Of a DNA stretch of 64,000 nucleotides, positions 10,158-20,790 are shown in pieces. This DNA comes from an uncultured delta proteobacterium (lineage in GTDB: Bacteria; Desulfobacterota; Binatia; UBA9968). The notes below the pieces were generated by a model. The model was not told the origin of the DNA. It saw only the letters and a program-made list of their open reading frames with translations, and did not search any database. Location: NCBI GenBank assembly GCA_963755715.1, contig CAVWLW010000041.1:32001-96000 (forward strand), written 5' to 3'. The translations under genes and the position numbers were made by a program. Positions within the stretch are counted from its first letter, which is position 1. Each line of letters begins with the position of its first letter.

Positions 10158-11238
10158 ATGACCATCGCACTATCCCACGGCGGCACTACGATCTATTCTT
10201 CACCCTCTCCGTCAAACGAAGTCTTGGTCGGCACTCGCGAAGGCGTCGTAACCATCGCGAGAGAGAACTCTGATGCGGAATGGCAGGTCACACACCGCGC
10301 CATTCCCGACAAACACATCAGCGCGATGATTACCGAACCCGAGAGCGGCTTGATGTTCGCCGGCGCATTTCATGGCTCGGTGCAAATGAGCGCCGACGGG
10401 GGCAAGAGTTGGGAGCCGCGCGGCAACGGCATGACGCAAGAACAATGTCTATTCGCTCGCAGCGAGGCGCGTCGAATGGCCGCGTCGCGTTTGTTTGCCG
10501 GCACCGAACCGGCGCACCTTTTCGCCAGCGACGACCTCGGAGTGAATTGGCAGCGAAATACCGTCGCTGCGCTCCGTGCCGAGCGTGCCCAAGTGGAATT
10601 TTCCCGCGCCGCCCCACATCGGCCATGTTAAACACATCAACTTCGATCCCGATAATCCTAAGACGATTTATGCCTCGGTCGAAGTCGGCGGTCTCCTCCG
10701 CAGCACCGACGCCGGCGAGCACTGGGAAGAATTTCCCAGCTTGTATGAAGACGTGCATCGGCTGATGATTCATCCGACGAACGCCAGATTCTTATACGGC
10801 GTCACCGGGCGCGGACTTTATGTCAGTCCCGATGCCGGTGGGAGTTGGGAACAGTGGACGAAGAGAGAAGATGAAATCGGCGGCTACCCGGACGGCTTCG
10901 TGTTCCGTCCGTCGGATCCGAAACTGATCTTGATGACCGCCGCGCACGACGCGCCCGGAACCTGGCGCACGACTCACTTCGCCGGCGCGCGCATCTCGCG
11001 CAGCAAGGATGGCGGACGAACCTGGGAGATTTTGCGCAACGGCCTGCCCGACCGCTTGCAGGCAAGTATCGAAGCTTTCTGTTTGGAGGAAGCAGGCGAC
11101 TCGACGTCGATCTTTGCGGCGACCACCGCCGGCGACATATTCTGCTCCAATGATCTCGGCGACAGCTGGCAAAAAATTATCAGCAACTTGCCGCCGATCT
11201 CCAAAGCCGGCCACTATCGAAACCTCGTGGCGGCGTGA
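10158..11238 (+). CDS. BNR/Asp-box beta-propeller protein (frameshifts about 10440-10560)
   Basis: Repeated SxDxGxxW: SADGGKSW, STDAGEHW, SPDAGGSW, SKDGGRTW, SNDLGDSW. Confidence 0.8.
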
Positions 11239-11250
11239 CCTGCATACAAA

Positions 11251-11278
11251 CGCGTCGGGTGAGAAATCACCCGACGCG
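11251..11278. terminator. Hairpin between convergent genes
   Basis: CGCGTCGGGTGA-GAAA-TCACCCGACGCG perfect 12-bp stem. Confidence 0.7.
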
Positions 11279-11302
11279 CTGAAATTGTGTTTAAAAAAAT
11301 AA

Positions 11303-11944
11303 TTAGAAAAACTTCAACCGCAGTTTGCGAGCGGCAAAGCCCACGAAGCCCATAGTGAAAAGTAGCAAACTGCTCGGTTCGGGAACCGACGCTGTTTCTG
11401 CGGCAGCCAACTGTGGCACGAACTCCGCTCCGGTGAGATTTAACTGCACGGTGCCTGTTTGGGAATGATATGGATTCACGGTCCAACCTGTGACCGGATT
11501 CAGTTGGCTATTTTCCGGGACGCTGCTGAAAAGATTATAGGCGATCAAATAAATTCCAGCGGACTGTCCTGTCAAATTACCGGCATTTACTTGAGACAAC
11601 CAGCCCGGCCCGCTGTCATCATTATTGAACACTAAATTCCCGAGCGCGTTCAGAATGTAGAGTTCAGTGTCATTGTCTCCGCTCAGAGACGTTCCAATCA
11701 TATCCACCGCGAAGATGCTGGGATCGGGAATATAAATTCTAAATACATCGGTATCGTTGGCCGGACTGAGTGTACCCATAATTGTGTTGAGAGCACCGGT
11801 GCCGATCGGCGTTTGCGCCGTGAGCGGTGTGTCGCCCGCGTCGCTGATTTCGTTCCAAGTCACGGCAGCGGCTGTCGTAGCGATCGAAATGAAGCATAGA
11901 CACGTGACAAGGGCGCCGGCGATGTGTTGTCTCTTCAGTTGCAT
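11303..11944 (-). CDS. PEP-CTERM sorting domain surface protein (PPC/DVUA0089-like domain)
   Basis: Signal peptide; DTELYIL...NNDDSG; C-terminal VPEPSSLLL + TM + RKLRLK. Confidence 0.9.
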   Translation of the reverse strand: MQLKRQHIAGALVTCLCFISIATTAAAVTWNEISDAGDTPLTAQTPIGTGALNTIMGTLSPANDTDVFRIYIPDPSIFAVDMIGTSLSGDNDTELYILNALGNLVFNNDDSGPGWLSQVNAGNLTGQSAGIYLIAYNLFSSVPENSQLNPVTGWTVNPYHSQTGTVQLNLTGAEFVPQLAAAETASVPEPSSLLLFTMGFVGFAARKLRLKFF

Positions 11945-11980
11945 ATTTTTCTCCTCAAAAATTCTTTCGAGGAGAGCAAG

Positions 11981-11996
11981 AGCAACCGCCGTACCA
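11981..11996 (-). promoter_or_regulatory. Sigma-54 (-24/-12) promoter of the PEP-CTERM gene
   Basis: Minus strand TGGTACGGCGGTTGCT vs consensus TGGCAC-N5-TTGC. Confidence 0.7.
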
Positions 11997-12038
11997 CGCG
12001 GAATTTGACGTTTCGTTAAAAAGTCGCCACGCCGAGAG

Positions 12039-12144
12039 TGTAAAGAACCTTTATAGAAAAACTTCGATCTTGCAGACGCCGAGAATTCTCTCGAACTTTT
12101 TTCGGCCCTTACTCACTGGAATCGTCTTGTTAAAACAGTTTACA
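12039..12144. promoter_or_regulatory. Enhancer-like TGT-N11-ACA boxes upstream of the sigma-54 promoter
   Basis: TGTAAAGAACCTTTATA (12039-12055, one mismatch) and TGTTAAAACAGTTTACA (12128-12144). Confidence 0.55.
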
Positions 12145-12536
12145 AACTTAGAACCGCTTCCAATTTTTTGTGACAATGGTGCGGTCCTGTCATGTGACAC
12201 TGTCAAAATCGCGCGAATGATCAAATGATGACACGCATGTCATGCGATAGAAATTTGTTCCCGCGCTCCCGATCGTCTGCCTCTGATCGAGCGAGGAGAA
12301 TCGTAATCGTGAAATGCTCAGCCTATATTCGGGCAAACTCTCTCCGGCGGATTCCGAATCGAAGCGATGATCGTCGCGCTAGTTCATTTAAAAATACTGT
12401 AAACGGTAAAAAGTCTTCTTCTGTTCCTTAGCGCATTCGATGCCCGACTTACCCGCGTCGAAGCCATAATCTCAATGTCGCTCGACCGCCGGCGTGAATT
12501 GAAGCTCCGGAAATTTAGTGGTAGACGAGAAAAGCT

Positions 12537-14607
12537 ATGTCCAAATACCGAGTTACCGTAGACACCGGGGGAACGTTTTCTGACTTTGTCTTTTTCAACG
12601 AAGACACGGGCGAGATCACGATTACAAAAGTTCCGTCGACGCCGAAAGAGCCTTTTCAAGCGGTCTTGAACGGCGTAAAGGAACTGATCGATCAAGGCGT
12701 GCCGGCGGGCGACATATCTTTTTTTTGCCACGGCACGACCGTGGGCACCAACGCGCTCCTCGAAGAGAAGGGCGCGAAAACAGGTCTCCTCGTTACCCAA
12801 GGCTTTCGCGGCATCTATGAAGTGATGGAGCAGACGCGCGGTTACGGCCCGGCGACTTACGACCTCTTCTTCGAGAAGCCGCGCTTGCTCGCGCCCCCTT
12901 ATTTAACCGAGGAAATTCCCGAGCGGGTCGACTTCCGCGGCAACGTGCTCAAGCCCATCGACGTCGAAACTTCTCGCGAGGCCGTGCGCAGGCTCAAGAA
13001 AAAAGGCGTGCAATCGGTCGCCGTCTGCTTTCTTTTTTCGTTCTTGAATCCGGCGCACGAGCTCAAAATCAAGGAAATCTTCGCGCAGGAATTTCCCGAA
13101 GCGCGGCTCTCGCTCTCCTACGAAGTCCTGCCGCAGATCCGCGAGTTCTATCGGCTGAGCACGACCGTAATCAACGGTTATATTCAACCGGTCATGGCGA
13201 ATTACTTGAGCCGTCTCGAAAACCGCATGCGCGAGATGGGCGTGACGACCCCGAAGCTCTACATCATGCAATCCAACGGCGGCGTATCGACGTTCAAAGG
13301 CTCGGGCGAAAAGCCCGTCGCTACGGTTCTTTCCGGCCCCGCCGGCGGCGTCATCGCGTCCATGGGTACCTGCGAGCGGGTCGGCATCAACAACATCATC
13401 ACCTTCGACATGGGCGGCACGAGTTGCGATGTCGCGCTGATCCACCAGGGAAATCCAGTAATCACCACGCAGGGAAAAATAAACATGCGCCCGATCGCGC
13501 TGCCGATGCTCGACATCCACACCGTCAGCGCCGGCGGCGGCACGATCGCGCGCATCGACGCCGTGGGCGGTTTGCAAGTCGGCCCGGATAGCGCGGGCGC
13601 CGATCCCGGTCCAGTGTCTTACGACCGCGGCGGCGAAAACATCACGATCACCGACGCCAATATCGTCACCGGTGTTTTGGACCCGGATCATTTCCTCGGC
13701 GGCAGAATGAAGCTCAACAAGAGCAAGGCGGAAAAGCTGCTCGAGGAAAAAATCGCCAAGCCGCTCAAGCTCAACTTGCTCGAAGCCGCCGACGGCGTGC
13801 TTAAAATCATCAACGTCAAAATGGAAGAAGCGATCAAGGCGGTCTCCTCGGCGCGCGGCTACGACATCCGCGACTTTACGCTGGTCGCCTTCGGCGGCGG
13901 CGGACCGATGCATGCGGGCAGAATGGCGCTCGACTTGGGCATTCCGTCGGTGCTGATTCCGCTCACGCCGGGCGTTCATTCGGCGCTCGGTTTGTTAATG
14001 TCGGACGTCAAGCATGACTACGTGCGCTCGAAGCTTGTCGGCCTCGACGAACTGGACTTAGATGAAATCAATGATCTGTTTCATCAGTTGGTCGACCAGG
14101 CGAAAGCCGAATTGCGCAGCGAAGGATTTCGCGACGAAGAGATCAAGATCGAACCCTATCTTGGATTTGCGCTACGCCGGCCAGGGCTACGAGCTGACCG
14201 TTCCATGCATCATGCCGCCGCTCAAAAAAGAAGATCTTAAAGTGATGCGCCAGCGCTTCGACACGATGCACGAGCAAAACTCCGGGCATAAAGCCGAGAC
14301 CGAACCGGTGGAGCTCGTGAGCCTGCGGTTGATTTCCCTCGGGCTGGTGCCGCAGGCCAAACTCTCGCCGGGAAAAATTACCGGCCGCAAAATCGACGAG
14401 GCCAAAACCGGCGAGCGCAAGGTTTTCTTTGGCAAAGAACACGGCTCGCTTACGACTCAGATCTACAATCGCGCCCTCTTCGAACCCGGCCATAAGCTCA
14501 GCGGCCCGGCGATCGTCGAACAATTAGACACGACGACGGTGATTCACCCCGAGCAAGAAGCAACGGTCGACGAATACCGAAATATAATTATTAAAGAGAA
14601 ACGATGA
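12537..14607 (+). CDS. Hydantoinase A / 5-oxoprolinase ATP-binding subunit (frameshift near 14160)
   Basis: VDTGGTFSD, HGTTVGTNALLE, SGPAGG, FDMGGTSCD; C-terminal DLRYAGQGYEL in the alternative frame. Confidence 0.9.
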
Positions 14608-16367
14608 GGCAAAAAGGCATGACTGTCGATCCCGTAACCCTACAAGTTATCCAAGCGCGTCTCGCCGGCATCGTCCAGGAGATGCAGAACTCGCTGTTCC
14701 GCACCGGCTACTCGACGATCATCCGCGAGTCGCAGGACGCGAGCTGCGCGATTTTAAATCGCCAAGGCGAAGTCGTCGCGCAGCATGTTGTGCTGCCGCT
14801 GCACATGGGCGCTTTTCCGGCGTGCGCCGCGGGCGTTTTAAAAAATTACAGCGCCGACGAAGTGCATGAGGGCGACGCGTTTATTACCAATCATCCCTAT
14901 CTCGGCGGCAGCCCGCACGCGCCGGACATGGCCGTGCTCTCGCCGATTTTTTATCAAGGCGAATGGGTCGGCTTCGCCGCCAATCTGGCGCACAAAAGCG
15001 ACATCGGCGGTCCCGTGCCGGGTAGTTGCTGGAGTCAGGCGCGGGAAATTTACCAGGAAGGGTTGCACGTGCCGCCGATCAAGTACGTGCAAGCTTACAA
15101 AACCAGCAAAGACATCGAAGCGCTGCTCGGCTGCAACAGCCGCACGCCGGAGCTCGTCGTCGGCGATCTGCGCGGCCAGGTCGGCGCGGCGCGCCTGGGC
15201 GAACGACGTTTTCAGGAAATGATGCAGCGCTACGGCAAGGAGACAATACTCGAATCCTTCGAGCAGCTCTTCGCGTTGACCGAAGCCAAGGTGCGCACAG
15301 AAATCGCCTCGTGGCCCGACGGGGTGGGTGAAGGCGAGCGCTTCGTCGACAGCGACGGCATCGAGCTCGACAAGCCGGTGCGCCTGCACGTGCGCATGGA
15401 AAAGAAAGGCGATCGTTTATATTTTGATTTCACCGGCTGTGCCGATCAAACCAAAGGCCCAGCGAACATCCGCCCGACCATTGTGCGCGCGGCCTGCTGC
15501 TACCTGCTTACCTGCCTCGTCGATCCTGCGTTGGCGATCAATTACGGCTTGGCCAGATGCATCGACATCAAAGTGCGCGACGGGAGCGTGGTGAACCCGC
15601 GCTTCCCGGCACCGGTCAATACCTATAACCCGACCGTCCATGCGTTAGTTGAATCCCTACTCGAAGCTTCGAGCCAGATCACGCCTCGGAAAAAGGTCGG
15701 CGACGGCTGCAGCAGCCGCTCGATCATCATCGGCGGGCGCAGCAACAAAACCGGCAAAGGCTACGTGCAGTACGAAATCTTCGGCGGCGGCTCCGGCGGC
15801 AGAAGCGGCAAAGACGGTGTCTCCGGCACCAACGTGAACCAGTCCAATGCCAAGATCGCACCGATCGAGATCATCGAATCGGAATTCGCGACCCGGGTCA
15901 AGCGCTTCGAACTGATCCCGGATTCCGGTGGTCCTGGCCGATTCCGCGGTGGCTTGGGCTTCGTGCGCGAGTACGAAGTCCTCGACAACGACGCGCGCTT
16001 TTCCCTGCGCTCGACCAAACACACGGTCGCGCCCAAAGGCATCGACGGCGGCATGGACGGCAAGACCGGCCACTGCACGTTAAATCCCGGCAAACCCGAG
16101 GAACGTGTCATCCCCTCGCGCTTCTCCGATCACGTGCTTCATCCCGGCGAAGTTTTCAGTCTCGAAACTCCCGGTGGCGGCGGTTTGGGCGATGTTCTCA
16201 CCCGGGATCCCGAGCGCGTGCTCCACGACGTGCGCAACGGTTACGTCACGCAAAAAAAAGCGCGCGAAGTCTACCGCGTCGCCATCGACGCGGCGGACGG
16301 CGACTTTGTGCTGAACGAAGCGGCAGACGCGCGAGCTTCGCTCACAGGCGTGAGGCGAAAGGCATGA
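14604..16367 (+). CDS. Hydantoinase B / 5-oxoprolinase family (true stop possibly TGA 16351-16353 after an indel near 16325)
   Basis: DPVTLQV, STIIRESQD, HPYLGGSPHAPD, HKSDIGG, SGGPGRFRGG, TPGGGGLG. Confidence 0.92.
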   Translation: MRQKGMTVDPVTLQVIQARLAGIVQEMQNSLFRTGYSTIIRESQDASCAILNRQGEVVAQHVVLPLHMGAFPACAAGVLKNYSADEVHEGDAFITNHPYLGGSPHAPDMAVLSPIFYQGEWVGFAANLAHKSDIGGPVPGSCWSQAREIYQEGLHVPPIKYVQAYKTSKDIEALLGCNSRTPELVVGDLRGQVGAARLGERRFQEMMQRYGKETILESFEQLFALTEAKVRTEIASWPDGVGEGERFVDSDGIELDKPVRLHVRMEKKGDRLYFDFTGCADQTKGPANIRPTIVRAACCYLLTCLVDPALAINYGLARCIDIKVRDGSVVNPRFPAPVNTYNPTVHALVESLLEASSQITPRKKVGDGCSSRSIIIGGRSNKTGKGYVQYEIFGGGSGGRSGKDGVSGTNVNQSNAKIAPIEIIESEFATRVKRFELIPDSGGPGRFRGGLGFVREYEVLDNDARFSLRSTKHTVAPKGIDGGMDGKTGHCTLNPGKPEERVIPSRFSDHVLHPGEVFSLETPGGGGLGDVLTRDPERVLHDVRNGYVTQKKAREVYRVAIDAADGDFVLNEAADARASLTGVRRKA

Positions 16368-16473
16368 GGCACGAGTAACGGAACCCAACAGCGTATCGGA
16401 CTAGTAAGCCTTGCTATGCCATAATTGCGTACTCCTGTCCTGCTCATGCCTCACGCCTCGTGCCTCACGCCTG
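16345..16473. repeat. Inverted pair of heptamer-based repeats
   Basis: CAGGCGTGAGGCGAAAGGCATGAGGCACGAG (16345-16375) vs CTCATGCCTCACGCCTCGTGCCTCACGCCTG (16443-16473). Confidence 0.7.
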
Positions 16474-16477
16474 ACCC

Positions 16478-18209
16478 ATGGTCGATCCCATCACACTCCA
16501 AGTCATCCAAGCCCGCCTCGCCGGTATCGTGCAAGAGATGCAAAATTCCCTCTTCCGCACCGGCTACTCGACAATCATCCGCGAGTCGCAGGACGCCAGT
16601 TGCGCGATATTGAATGTCGCCGGCGACGTCGTCGCGCAGCATGTCGTCTTGCCGCTCCACATGGGCGCCTTTCCCGCCTGTGCCGCGGCGATACTCAAGA
16701 GCTTTCCACCGAGTGAAATTCATGAAGGCGACGCCTTCATCATCAATCATCCGTATCTCGGCGGCAGCCCGCACGCGCCGGACATGGGCGTGCTGACGCC
16801 GATCTTTTACCAAGGCGAATGGGTCGGCTTCGCCGCCAACATGGCGCACAAGAGCGATATCGGCGGCACGGTGCCGGGCAGTGGCTCTGGCAACGCGAGA
16901 GAGATTTTTCAGGAAGGACTCCATCTGCCGCCGGTTAAATTCATGTCCCGGTTGCAGCCGGTAAAAGAGATCGACGCTGTGATCACGGCCAATAGCCGCA
17001 CTCCCGCGCTGGTGATCGGCGATCTCAGAGGTCAGGTCGGCGCCGCGCGCTTGGGCGAGCGTCGCATAGCCGAATTAATGGACCGCTACGGCAAAGCCAC
17101 AGTGCTGGAGTCCACTGAGCTATTGTCGGCATACACCGAAAATCGCGTGCGCCAGGCAATCGCCTCCTGGCCCGACGGCGAATCCGAAGGCGAAAGCTTC
17201 GTGGATCACGACGGCATCGACCTCACCCGCCCGATTCGGCTCCACGTCAAAGTCAAAAAACACGGCGATCAGCTCCATTTCGACTTTAGCGCCAGCAGCG
17301 ATCAAACCCAGGGGCCGGCGAATATTCGACCGCCGCTGGTGCGCGCCGCCTGCGCTTATTGTCTGGTCGCGTTGGTCGATCGTTTTTTGCCGATCAACCA
17401 AGGTCTCGCCCGCACGATCGATGCGACCTTTCGCGAAGGAAGCGTCGTCGATCCGCGCTTTCCAGCGGCGGTAAATACCTACATGCCGACGGCACTGACC
17501 GTCGCGGAAGCCGTCCTGAGAGCGCTCGCGCCGTTTGTTCCCGACAAGCGCATCTCCGGCGGCTCGGGCAGCGCTGCATTGGTGCTCGGCGGACGCGATG
17601 CCAGGAGCGACCGTGCCTTCGTGCACTATGAAATTTTCAGCGGCGGCACCGGCGCCCGCTCCGGTAAAGACGGCGTCTCGGCGACCGCGTTTCACCTGAG
17701 CAATTGCAAAACGGCGCCCGATCGAAATCATCGAGTCTGAATTTCCCGCTCGGGTCGAGCGCTTTGAAATGATCGCCGATTCCGGCGGCGCCGGCGAATG
17801 GCGCGGCGGTTTAGGTTTCGCCCGCGATTATCGCATTCTCGCCGACGACGTGCGTTTCTCCATGCGCACCGACAAACACACGATCGAGCCTTTCGGCAGC
17901 GATCACGGATTGCCAGGCGGCAAGGGCGCTTGCATCATCAATCCCACCAACAAAGACCCAATACGGATGCCATCGCGCTTCGGCGATCACCGCTTGCGCA
18001 CAAACGACATTGTCCGCGTCGAGCGCCCCGGCGGCGGCGGGCTTGGTAACGCACGCGCGCGTCCGGTCGAAAGCGTGCTCGAAGACGTACGCCAAGGGTA
18101 TGTTTCAGTCGAGCGGGCGCGGTCCGATTACGGGGTGGTGGTCATGCACGCCGACGAGGGACCCAAGGTCGACATTGCCGAAACTCAAGTTTTACGAGGA
18201 AAAAAGTAA
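16478..18209 (+). CDS. Second hydantoinase B / 5-oxoprolinase paralog (frameshift near 17718)
   Basis: Same motifs as the upstream paralog; APIEIIE continues in the frame of ORF 17769-18209. Confidence 0.88.
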
Positions 18210-18285
18210 AAAATAGTTGGCAATAGCCTCGTGCCTCTGCTATACACGTACCTAAATAATTTTATTCCTTGAAGGAGGAAAACGA

Positions 18286-18558
18286 ATGGCAGCAGCAAAA
18301 AAGAAACGTAAACCGAATGCGGCGTTCATGAAACCGGTTCAGCCGGACACCGCACTCAGCGCCGTGGTGGGTAACAAACCGATCCCGCGCACTGAGGTGA
18401 CGAAGAAACTGTGGGCCTATATCAAAAAGAAAGGGCTCCAGGACAAGAAGAAGAGGACCAACATCAATGCCGACGACGCATTGAAAGCAGTTTTCGGCGG
18501 CAAGAAAACCGTCACGATGTTCGAGATGACCAAGCTCGTCAGCAAGCACCTCAAGTAA
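18286..18558 (+). CDS. Stand-alone SWIB/MDM2 domain protein
   Basis: PNAAFMKP...PRTEVTKKLWAYIKKKGLQD...INADDALK...MFEMTKLVSKHL; strong RBS. Confidence 0.92.
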   Translation: MAAAKKKRKPNAAFMKPVQPDTALSAVVGNKPIPRTEVTKKLWAYIKKKGLQDKKKRTNINADDALKAVFGGKKTVTMFEMTKLVSKHLK

Positions 18559-18584
18559 GCATCGCCAATCCCAAATTTTGCCAG

Positions 18585-18628
18585 GGCCAGGAGCACTCCG
18601 GCGCGAGCGCTCTTGGCCTTTGTGTTTT
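18585..18628 (+). terminator. Rho-independent terminator
   Basis: GGCCAGGAGCACTC/GAGCGCTCTTGGCC stem followed by TTTGTGTTTT. Confidence 0.7.
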
Positions 18629-18714
18629 AGCTCTCCGTGCTCTCAAACGCAGCGTTGACATGCAAACGCGCCTTCCATTACTGTCGTTTCATATCTTAGT
18701 CTCTGACAAGGACA

Positions 18715-19584
18715 ATGCTTATGAATGAAACCGCGTACAAAGGCTTTCGCCTGGACGAGATGGAGTATCAATACAACCCGCGCGTCTCCGTACCCGAATA
18801 TCCGGAGCTTGCCAAAATGCGAGCGGCGCAAGCGCGCAAAGTGCGCGATAGCGCCAAGTCCTGGCTCAACGTCGCCTATGGCAGCTCGCCGCGCGAGTTG
18901 CTCGATATCTATGCCGCGGATAAGCCGGCCGGACCGGTGCTCGTCTATATTCACGGCGGCTATTGGCGCAGCGGCAGTAAAGAAGACAACTGCAACTTTG
19001 TGCCGACGTTCACCCAGCGCGGCGCCACTGTCGTGCTCGTCGAATATGATCTCTGCCCGCAAGTCACGGTCAGCGACATCGTCCGGCAAACCCGCTCAGC
19101 GATCGCTTGGACTTATAAAAATATCGTCCGCTACGGCGCCGACCCGGCGAAGCTGTTTATCGCCGGCCACTCCGCCGGCGGCCATCTAACGGCGATGGCG
19201 CTGGCGCACGACTGGGAGAAAGATGGCTTGCCGCGCGATCTCATCAAAGGCGCGGTTGCCACTTCGGGCGTGTACGATCTCCAGATGGTGATGCAGATCA
19301 GCGTGCAGGAGGACGTGCGCATGACGCCTGAAATCGCCGCGGCGAATAGCCCGATAATTCATCCGCCGCGGGTAAAATGTCCTTTGCTCGTCGCCGTCGG
19401 CGGCGCAGAACCAAAAGGCTGGCAGCAAATGTCCGAAGATTATTTTCAGTTCGCTAAACAGCACGGCATGAATGCGACCTATCTCGTCGAGCCCGACGCG
19501 AATCACTACACCATGTCGGAGCATTTGCTCGACGATCGGCGTCCGCTGACCCAGGCGATGATCCGTCAGCTGGGGCTTAGCTAA
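18715..19584 (+). CDS. Alpha/beta hydrolase (arylformamidase/kynurenine formamidase-like)
   Basis: YIHGGYWR, GHSAGGH, SGVYDL, NHY. Confidence 0.85.
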   Translation: MLMNETAYKGFRLDEMEYQYNPRVSVPEYPELAKMRAAQARKVRDSAKSWLNVAYGSSPRELLDIYAADKPAGPVLVYIHGGYWRSGSKEDNCNFVPTFTQRGATVVLVEYDLCPQVTVSDIVRQTRSAIAWTYKNIVRYGADPAKLFIAGHSAGGHLTAMALAHDWEKDGLPRDLIKGAVATSGVYDLQMVMQISVQEDVRMTPEIAAANSPIIHPPRVKCPLLVAVGGAEPKGWQQMSEDYFQFAKQHGMNATYLVEPDANHYTMSEHLLDDRRPLTQAMIRQLGLS

Positions 19585-19602
19585 GCTTACGAAAGGAATT
19601 CA

Positions 19603-20442
19603 TTGGCTATGCCGAACGTAAACTTGTCGACGGGGGCGAATCTTTACTATGAAACCCATGGCTCGGGCGAACCGCTCGTACTGATCCCGTCGACCGCCTT
19701 CTCGGGCGAAGTCTGGAAGCCGTCGCAACTGCCGCTGGCGCAGGCCACCCAACTGGTCCTTCACGATCCGCGCGGCACCGGGCGCTCAACGGCGAGCCAG
19801 CAAGTTTACACGATCAATCAGATGGCCAACGACGTAGTCGCTTTGCTCGATCATCTGAAGATTGCTTCGGCCCACGTGCTCGGCCACTCGATGGGCGGGC
19901 GCATCGGACTGGAGATGGCGCTCAATTTTCCCGGACGAGTGAAAAGTCTGATTATGGCCGCCAGCGGTTCCGGCCAAGCGGCGCGGCCGGGGCCCGATTG
20001 CATTCCCGGTTTGCCGCATTGGCTGGTCATCCGGCTTGTGGAAAAAGGCTTCGAGAAAGCGCTGCGCGAAGAGTTTTGCGACACCAGCGCGTTCTTTACG
20101 GACCCCTATCGCAAACAGCATCCCGACAAGGTCGAAGAATTTTTTCAACTGGCCTGGGCGACGCACTCGAAGCTTGCCGAATACATCCACCTCATCATCG
20201 CGCGCCACAACTGGGAAGCGACCCATCGCCTGGGCGACGTGCGCTGCCCGACGCTGGTGCTGATCGGCGACAATGATTCGGCGCGCAGTAACCACTTGGC
20301 TCAAGCCGAAACGCTAAAGAATCGGATTCCCGGCGCGGAGCTTAAAATTCTCAAGGGGCAATCGCACGGCTTTTTCTGGCAGGCGCCGGAGGAAACCAAT
20401 CAAGTGATTCTCGACTGGGTCAAGCGGCACGCGAGCGTATGA
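19603..20442 (+). CDS. Alpha/beta hydrolase
   Basis: HDPRGTGRS, GHSMGG, PTLVLIGDND, SHGFF. Confidence 0.88.
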   Translation: MAMPNVNLSTGANLYYETHGSGEPLVLIPSTAFSGEVWKPSQLPLAQATQLVLHDPRGTGRSTASQQVYTINQMANDVVALLDHLKIASAHVLGHSMGGRIGLEMALNFPGRVKSLIMAASGSGQAARPGPDCIPGLPHWLVIRLVEKGFEKALREEFCDTSAFFTDPYRKQHPDKVEEFFQLAWATHSKLAEYIHLIIARHNWEATHRLGDVRCPTLVLIGDNDSARSNHLAQAETLKNRIPGAELKILKGQSHGFFWQAPEETNQVILDWVKRHASV

Positions 20443-20790
20443 GTCATCGTCCTAGTCGTTCAAGACGTTCTCGCAGAATTACGACCCCGCAGCAGATACT
20501 AACTTCAGCTAGTCAACAACACCCTGAAAGTTTTTCCCCTTCTGGCTTTTCCCCATTGCTGAGCCGGGCCGTATTTAGATATTGGGTTTGCGTCGGCGTC
20601 CTGATAACGTGATCCCGCATCGAAACGGGAAAGAGAAATGAAGGGAAGCTCCCGATCGGCAGCTTTTTCATTCGTTACACTGCTGTGTAGATTCGCTCTA
20701 TCGTTTGTGACGAAGGAAGAAGATCGTCGAAACCTTCTATAGATGTAGAACGAGCCCTGTCATCGGTCTTTAGGCGCCAAGCCCAAAAAA

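Noticed and set aside
14150-17725. Programmed frameshifting in the hydantoinase genes
   Set aside because: No slippery heptamers at the shift sites; the pattern matches scattered indel errors.
20600-20630. Hammerhead ribozyme (CTGATAA...CGAAAC)
   Set aside because: Core is CUGAUAA rather than CUGANGA, and stems II/III do not pair convincingly.
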